Source: Promethearchaeota archaeon (GTDB taxonomy: Archaea > Asgardarchaeota > Lokiarchaeia > Sigyniarchaeales > SOKP01). Taken from it: DNA of 64,000 nt. Both the position numbers and the translations under genes were made by a program. How positions within the stretch are numbered: position 1 is the stretch's first letter; each line of letters begins with the position of its first letter. The stretch covers positions 1 through 64,000 of the forward strand of contig JAHPZA010000007.1 of NCBI GenBank assembly GCA_019058445.1, given 5' to 3'. Positions 58,184 through 64,000 of this stretch are shown piece by piece. The notes beneath the pieces are model-generated. The model was not told the DNA's origin and searched no databases. It saw only the letters and a list, made by a program, of their open reading frames with translations.

Positions 58184-60004
58184 TTATTTGGGGATGTAAT
58201 AATATTCATTAATTCGTTTCTGGTACGCGTCTTTATTACTTCCTAATTTATTTACTCGAGGTCTTTTAGTTATCGTATCCCTACGAAAAGTAATACCCAT
58301 CATTTTTAAAAATAAATTAAAACCATCTCTTAGATTTTGAGGGGGTAGGGCATTCCCTTCCAAACCGGGTATACCTTCAAATACTAAGATTGAATCAGCA
58401 ATGAAGTCTTGCGTAATAATATCATGTTCGACAACAAAAGCGGCTTTTTTCAATTCTTCGATTGATTTTCTTAATAATTGAGCTACCTGCAATCTCATTT
58501 CTACATCTAAAAAAGCGGAGGGCTCATCCAATAAATATATATCTGCTTCAGAAGAGAGGCATTTCGCAATTGAAACTCTTTGTAACTCGCCACCACTTAA
58601 TTCAGACATATATCTCTCACTAATATTATCTAAATCCAAATTATTAATTAACCGTTTTTTATAAGATTGACTTAGATAGGGAGCAAGTTTAATATTCCTG
58701 ATAAGCTCAGATACTAAATTATCCTCTTCTACTTTAATATATTGAGGCTTAATGGCAACCTTTAGTTCTACTGATTTCTCCTCATCTTCAGCTGAATTAT
58801 CAATAATATCAGATTCAATTTTATTTGCAATTAAGTTAATGAAAGTAGATTTGCCAATACCATTAGGTCCTAAAATTCCAATTATTTCTCCAGCATGAAT
58901 TTCACTGCCAGAAACTTGTAAATGAAAATTCCCTAATGTTTTTTCTAAATCATTGTAATCAAAAATTACATCTCCAACATCAAATAATGATTCTTGTGGT
59001 GGACGTTCATGAAATTGAATTGGAACTTCTCTTATTCTAACATTTTCATCTTTTATATATCCATTCAGATATATATTGATTCCAACTCTAACACCTTGAG
59101 GATGAGAGATAATCCCATAAACTCCAGGCACCCCATAGAAAACAGAAACATAATCACTTAAATAGTCGAGAATGGCAAGGTCATGTTCAACCACAACAAT
59201 GGTTTTACCATCTTCTGTAAGGGATCTGACTAATTTTGCCATATTAATCCTCTCACTAACATCTAAATAAGAGCTAGGCTCATCTATAAGATAGACATCA
59301 CCATCCTTTAAATAGGCAGCCGCAATTGCCACACGTTGTAATTCTCCACCAGATAACACAGATATGGAACGATCTAAAATTTCATTTAAATTTAATTTCT
59401 CAGCAATAATATCCAATTTGTCAGCAACATCATTCTTTTTGAGTAATTCATATACTTTACCGGATACGAATTTGGGAATTTGAGTAATATTTTGTGGTTT
59501 ATGAATGATATTTAACTTTTCTTCCTTTAAATCTAAAAAATATTGTTGAAGTTCAGAACCCTTGAAAAAATTTATTATTTCATTATCATCCGGCGCATTA
59601 TTCTCAAAACGCCCGAGATTCATTTTTAAATCTCCAGATAAGATTTTTAACATAGTACTTTTCCCAATTCCATTTTGCCCTATTAATCCCAATACTTTTC
59701 CTTTTTTAGGAATGGCCATTCTGAATAATGAAAATTGATCTGAACCATATCTATATGTAATTTGATCACTCATCGGATCAGGTAAGTTTACTATACTAAT
59801 CGCTTTAAATGGACACTTTTTTATACAAATCCCAGTACCTGAACATAAACTCTCAGTAATAGTTACACTTTTTCCATCTGGATTTAAAACAATTGTGTTA
59901 TCTCCCGTTCTAACTCTGGGACAGTATTTTATGCAAGGTTTTTCACCAAATGGACTACATTTATCTGGTTTACACCGATCTTTATTTAATACAGCGATTC
60001 TCAT
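58184..60004 (-). CDS. Ribosome recycling factor ABCE1/RLI
   Basis: MRIAV start, Fe-S domain, two ABC domains with LSGGELQR. Confidence 0.97.
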   Translation of the reverse strand: MRIAVLNKDRCKPDKCSPFGEKPCIKYCPRVRTGDNTIVLNPDGKSVTITESLCSGTGICIKKCPFKAISIVNLPDPMSDQITYRYGSDQFSLFRMAIPKKGKVLGLIGQNGIGKSTMLKILSGDLKMNLGRFENNAPDDNEIINFFKGSELQQYFLDLKEEKLNIIHKPQNITQIPKFVSGKVYELLKKNDVADKLDIIAEKLNLNEILDRSISVLSGGELQRVAIAAAYLKDGDVYLIDEPSSYLDVSERINMAKLVRSLTEDGKTIVVVEHDLAILDYLSDYVSVFYGVPGVYGIISHPQGVRVGINIYLNGYIKDENVRIREVPIQFHERPPQESLFDVGDVIFDYNDLEKTLGNFHLQVSGSEIHAGEIIGILGPNGIGKSTFINLIANKIESDIIDNSAEDEEKSVELKVAIKPQYIKVEEDNLVSELIRNIKLAPYLSQSYKKRLINNLDLDNISERYMSELSGGELQRVSIAKCLSSEADIYLLDEPSAFLDVEMRLQVAQLLRKSIEELKKAAFVVEHDIITQDFIADSILVFEGIPGLEGNALPPQNLRDGFNLFLKMMGITFRRDTITKRPRVNKLGSNKDAYQKRINEYYYIPK

Positions 60005-60094
60005 AATTTTCTCACTATTTAATAAAATAATAAATGATAAATAATTTTTTTCATTTATACTTATAATAATTTCAGCTAAATTAATGAAAAGATA

Positions 60095-61804
60095 ATGAAC
60101 AAAAAATTTCCAGCTCATTGGTTAGAAGAAATCGTAGATAAGATATCAGAGCGAAATGTTAAAAAGATCACTTTATCTACGGGTAAAACTCCATCAGGAC
60201 ATATTCATATCGGAATTTTAAGAGAGATTCTAATCTGTGATGCTTTACGAAGAGTATTTGAATCTAGGGGATATAAGGTTGATTCCTTTCTATTTATGGA
60301 TGATCTTGATGCTGCAAAAAGATTTCCAGAATATATTGAAAAGGATTTTCAGAAAGAACATTTAGGGAAACCTTTCGCTTATATGCCTTGCCCATTTAAA
60401 GAATGTGGATGTGAAAGTTATGGCCATCATTTTGGATATGAATTAATTTCTACTTTTGAAAGTTTTGGTATTAAAACTAAAGCTATATGGACCCATGAAT
60501 TATATAGAGAAAAAAAGATGCAGGAGAAAATTAAAATTGCCCTTGAAAATACAGATTTAATTAAAGAAATATTGAAAAAATATATTATACCCACATTAGA
60601 TAAAAATAAAAAAGAACTCTTTCTTGATATGCTCCAAAATTGGATGCCTGTTATGGCAATATGCGAAAAATGTAGCAAAATTCAATATAGAGATAATGAT
60701 GGTGCAATTAAACCTAATAGAGTCCTTAAATATGATGAAAAAAAAGAAATCGTAGCATATAAATGCTCTGCTTGTGGAAATTATAACGAAATTTCCGTTT
60801 ACAGTGGGATCCTTAAGTTAAACTGGCGTGTAGATTGGCCAACCAAATGGGCCCTGTTCCAAACTACCTGCGAACCCGCAGGAAAAGATCATTGTGTTAA
60901 AGGAGGATCATACGACACAGGTTTAGAGTTATGTCAGAGAGTTTTTAATTATAAAGGACCTGTTAAAGTGGCCTATGAATGGTTGCGATTAGGAGACCGT
61001 GACATGAAAACTTCAAAGGGTATTGTTTTTACCCCGAAAAAATATTTAGAGATTGCCGATCCAGAGTTGTATAGAATGTTAATTTTAAGGACTAATCCGA
61101 TGAAGCACATTTCTCTTAGAATTGAGGAAATACCACAATACTATGATTATTATGAAAGAATGGAAGATATTTATTATAGCTCAGGAAAAATAGAACCAGA
61201 AGAGGAACAAGAATTCATTCGTTATACTTATCCATTAACAAAAATTGATGAATTTTTAGATAAAAAGCCTAAAAGGATACCTTTGAAACTTCTAATTTTT
61301 CTTTCACAAATTCAAAATATATTAAATATAGAGGACTCATATGAAAAAGCTAAGTCAGTCACAGGAATAGAAGATCTCGAAAAATCTATTTCTATTAAAG
61401 ATTTTGGGATTCTCCTTAAACGAACAAAAAAATGGGTTGAAGAAGTTAAAAAATTAATTGAAAATGAAACTGATAGTCAGTTAAAGAAAAGTATAATGCA
61501 GAAAATCTCTCTATTTGAAATTCCAGATAAACATGATGAAGATATTCTTAAAAGTTTAGATAAAAATCAAATAAATGGTATTAAACTTTTACGAAATTTC
61601 ATATTAGAAAATGATGCAGTAGATGCAGACATTATCCAAAATAAAATATTTACTATTGCCAAAGAAGATTTAAAGATGAAACCTAAAAAAATGTTTGAGG
61701 CTATCTATCAAGTAATTTTAGGCAAAAAACATGGTCCTAGATTAGGATCTTTTTTATCATTACTAGATAAAAACTGGTTGTTAGAGAGATTAAATCTCGA
61801 ATAA
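60095..61804 (+). CDS. lysS: Class I lysyl-tRNA synthetase
   Basis: PSGHIHIG, WRVDWP, EPAGKDH, MKTSKG, GPRLG. Confidence 0.95.
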   Translation: MNKKFPAHWLEEIVDKISERNVKKITLSTGKTPSGHIHIGILREILICDALRRVFESRGYKVDSFLFMDDLDAAKRFPEYIEKDFQKEHLGKPFAYMPCPFKECGCESYGHHFGYELISTFESFGIKTKAIWTHELYREKKMQEKIKIALENTDLIKEILKKYIIPTLDKNKKELFLDMLQNWMPVMAICEKCSKIQYRDNDGAIKPNRVLKYDEKKEIVAYKCSACGNYNEISVYSGILKLNWRVDWPTKWALFQTTCEPAGKDHCVKGGSYDTGLELCQRVFNYKGPVKVAYEWLRLGDRDMKTSKGIVFTPKKYLEIADPELYRMLILRTNPMKHISLRIEEIPQYYDYYERMEDIYYSSGKIEPEEEQEFIRYTYPLTKIDEFLDKKPKRIPLKLLIFLSQIQNILNIEDSYEKAKSVTGIEDLEKSISIKDFGILLKRTKKWVEEVKKLIENETDSQLKKSIMQKISLFEIPDKHDEDILKSLDKNQINGIKLLRNFILENDAVDADIIQNKIFTIAKEDLKMKPKKMFEAIYQVILGKKHGPRLGSFLSLLDKNWLLERLNLE

Positions 61805-61844
61805 TCTAAATGTAAAATGAATTAGAATTAGTTAAAAAGATTCT

Positions 61845-62039
61845 TTAGCTCTCCTTGTTTTTTTTTGATTCAGATTTATCTTTTTTTTTCTTTTTGCTTT
61901 TTTTCTCTTTTATTTTTTTATAGCAATCAGGACAATATGTTAAAGATTCTTCAATCATTTGCCCACATGTTTTGCAATGTTTATGGGGATATACATAATA
62001 AGATTCTCCCTTTTTTTGATATCTTTCGAATTTGCTCAA
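61845..62039 (-). CDS. DUF2116-like zinc-ribbon protein
   Basis: PHKHCxxCG...YCPDC. Confidence 0.7.
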   Translation of the reverse strand: MSKFERYQKKGESYYVYPHKHCKTCGQMIEESLTYCPDCYKKIKEKKSKKKKKDKSESKKNKES

Positions 62040-62103
62040 AATTAAAACTCCTACTTGTTTTTTTCTATAAATGATTATAATTGAATATTCCTTTTGTACT
62101 TAA

Positions 62104-63339
62104 TCAATTTTTTTCAATAATAGAAACACCTTGAGAGCAGATTTTAATCCTGTAAAATTCAGCATTATTTAATTGAGACCTTATATTTGGTGGGTAATTT
62201 GGAAAAGTCTTTTTAAATAGATCCTCATCATTTATTAAATCACGCAAACTTTCCTTCCAAGTTAATAAAACACTTTCTATCTTATTTGGATTTACCAGAG
62301 CAAAAACAGATCCTCCACCTCCGGCCCCAGTTAACTTCGCAGCATAAACATCTGGATGATCTTCAATTAACTTAATCAAGATATTATTTGCTAAACCAAT
62401 CCCATATTCAAAACCAGCATTTTTCATTATAAGATTCATAATTTCGGTGTTTAATTTGAAATATTCACCTAAATGCTTCCAATCTTTTTTCATTAATGCA
62501 AATCTAGCTTTCCATGCGATTTTTGATAATTTTTTGTAATTTTTTAGAATTTTAGCCTCTTTCTGTATATATATTTCCCTTAGTTTGTCATGAACACTTC
62601 CGCTTTCATGTGTTACACCAGAATAACACAATATGATTGGTAATTCATTAATATTATAAACTTCTCCAATATTGTCATAAACTGCTAATGGTTCTTTAGA
62701 GATCTCTTCATGAAATAATTTTCCAACGTAAGAACAAAAACTTAATCCTCCTCGACTGATAACATATCGATCTGAGTAACCTGCAGTAATTTTTAAATCC
62801 TCATCCTCAACTTTCGTGGCCATTTCAGCAATAATATCTTTGTTTATAGGAAACTCATTTTCCCCTAAAGGTGATAAATTATTAAAAAGATCAAAGTAAT
62901 GAGATAGTCCATAAAGGATTGATATAATTATAGAAGCACTGCCTCCTAACCCACTCTGGCGTGGGATTGTATTAATCAACCCAAATTCAATATTCTGTTC
63001 TTTAAATTTTTCCCAAAAATTAGCGCTTGTTTTAATCAACCTATATATACTAGCATAAACTAAACCACATTCGCCTAAACAATTTTCTTTTAAATCTCTT
63101 ATATTTTTACTGAGTTCTTCTTCGATATCAATTTCAAAAGTGAATTTATTAGTATTTTTAATTATTTTATAGATGCGAAACCGGCTTGAGCTATTTGTTT
63201 TTTTGATATATAAAAATACAGATAATGGGTTTTCTATTCCGTTAATTGCAACTGCGGGCATCCAAAAATCAGCTTCCACAGCATCTAGCGGATTTATTAA
63301 ATTAATTCTCGACGGAGCTTGAACAATTATTTCTGGCAT
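62104..63339 (-). CDS. GHMP kinase family protein
   Basis: APSRIN, PRQSGLGGSAS, AKLTGAGGGG; ATG start at MPEII. Confidence 0.88.
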   Translation of the reverse strand: MPEIIVQAPSRINLINPLDAVEADFWMPAVAINGIENPLSVFLYIKKTNSSSRFRIYKIIKNTNKFTFEIDIEEELSKNIRDLKENCLGECGLVYASIYRLIKTSANFWEKFKEQNIEFGLINTIPRQSGLGGSASIIISILYGLSHYFDLFNNLSPLGENEFPINKDIIAEMATKVEDEDLKITAGYSDRYVISRGGLSFCSYVGKLFHEEISKEPLAVYDNIGEVYNINELPIILCYSGVTHESGSVHDKLREIYIQKEAKILKNYKKLSKIAWKARFALMKKDWKHLGEYFKLNTEIMNLIMKNAGFEYGIGLANNILIKLIEDHPDVYAAKLTGAGGGGSVFALVNPNKIESVLLTWKESLRDLINDEDLFKKTFPNYPPNIRSQLNNAEFYRIKICSQGVSIIEKN

Positions 63340-63453
63340 TAAACTTTTAAGAAAATTAACAATAGAATTTAACAATTTAAAAACCTAAGGCTAGTTTATA
63401 TTAAATTTATTAAAATTCTTGGTATTTATAAGTTTTATTTTAAATAATTCTAT

Positions 63454-64000
63454 GTGCCGAAGAAAAAAAAACCAAAAAGCAATAGTAAGTTTTTGATTAT
63501 CCTATCCATCTGTTTAATCCTAATTTTATTACCCTTCATTCTTTTTAGGGATAGATTATTTGTAATAACGAGTAATTCCATGGAACCTACCTTAAATGTA
63601 GGAGATCTTGTCATCCGTGGAGATAAAGATCCAGAAGATATTAAAACAGGGGAGGAAGATGGAGATATTTTGATATTAAGAGGACCTGATTATTATTATG
63701 ATAAAGGATTTGATCCAATATTCTGGGGAAATTTAGAGGATGGAACACCAATAATCCATAGAGCCATTGATAAGAAAAAAATTGGTGATAAATGGTATTT
63801 TAAGACAAAGGGCGACAACAATAAAGTCGCTGACGGGGGATATAAGTTTATTAATAAGACGGATGAATATGATTATGTTGTAATTGAATATAATGAATCT
63901 GAAGTAATATATATTTCTGAAACTGAAGTCTTAGGGATAGTTATTTTTAAAATCCCCTATATTGGATATATAAAAATTTATTTTCCAGTAATTTTTGCAT
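63454..64000 (+). CDS. Signal peptidase I (Sec11 type), truncated by window end
   Basis: GTG start, TM, SNSMEPTL..GD, IIHR, KTKGDNN. Confidence 0.9.
   Translation, partial: MPKKKKPKSNSKFLIILSICLILILLPFILFRDRLFVITSNSMEPTLNVGDLVIRGDKDPEDIKTGEEDGDILILRGPDYYYDKGFDPIFWGNLEDGTPIIHRAIDKKKIGDKWYFKTKGDNNKVADGGYKFINKTDEYDYVVIEYNESEVIYISETEVLGIVIFKIPYIGYIKIYFPVIFA

Noticed and set aside
60005-60118. N-terminal extension of ABCE1
   Set aside because: Overlaps lysS and the divergent promoter; the conserved start is MRIAV at 60004
1597-62074. Many short antisense or overlapping ORFs (e.g. 9699, 12695, 17886, 22286, 46419)
   Set aside because: Shadows of well-supported genes, with no motifs of their own

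Overview
AT-rich archaeal chromosome window, most likely a Lokiarchaeia (Asgard) genome, judged from a profilin, HEAT+LRR proteins, a longin-like protein, an MglA-like GTPase domain, a supersized 23S expansion segment and class I LysRS. Bases 1-~34 kb and ~54-64 kb are mostly housekeeping: the 5' part of a 23S rRNA with no 16S upstream, aRF1, Get3, the RPA32/aIF2b/NMD3/RIO1/Dim2 cluster, FtsZ, rpo12, TFB, ABCE1 and LysRS. All five tRNA genes are intron-split, with 9 introns in total, 7 of them non-canonical. tRNA-Asn(GTT) has three introns and tRNA-Leu(CAA) carries its anticodon on a 5-nt micro-exon. Downstream of the tRNA cluster (~35.2-54 kb) is an accessory region with no recognisable integrase. 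It encodes a polytopic-membrane HerA/FtsK/VirB4-type ATPase, several small pilin-sized and 3-4 TM membrane proteins, a TFB paralog fused to a catalytically degenerate MglA-like GTPase, and a longin-like protein. Four of its genes share an unusual TCG-RRN-TWTWTATA promoter. The best candidate for an undescribed system is therefore a GTP-sensing alternative-TFB regulon controlling a Ced/T4SS-like membrane translocation machine; this functional reading is inference. No database searches were run; all calls are from motifs read by eye.
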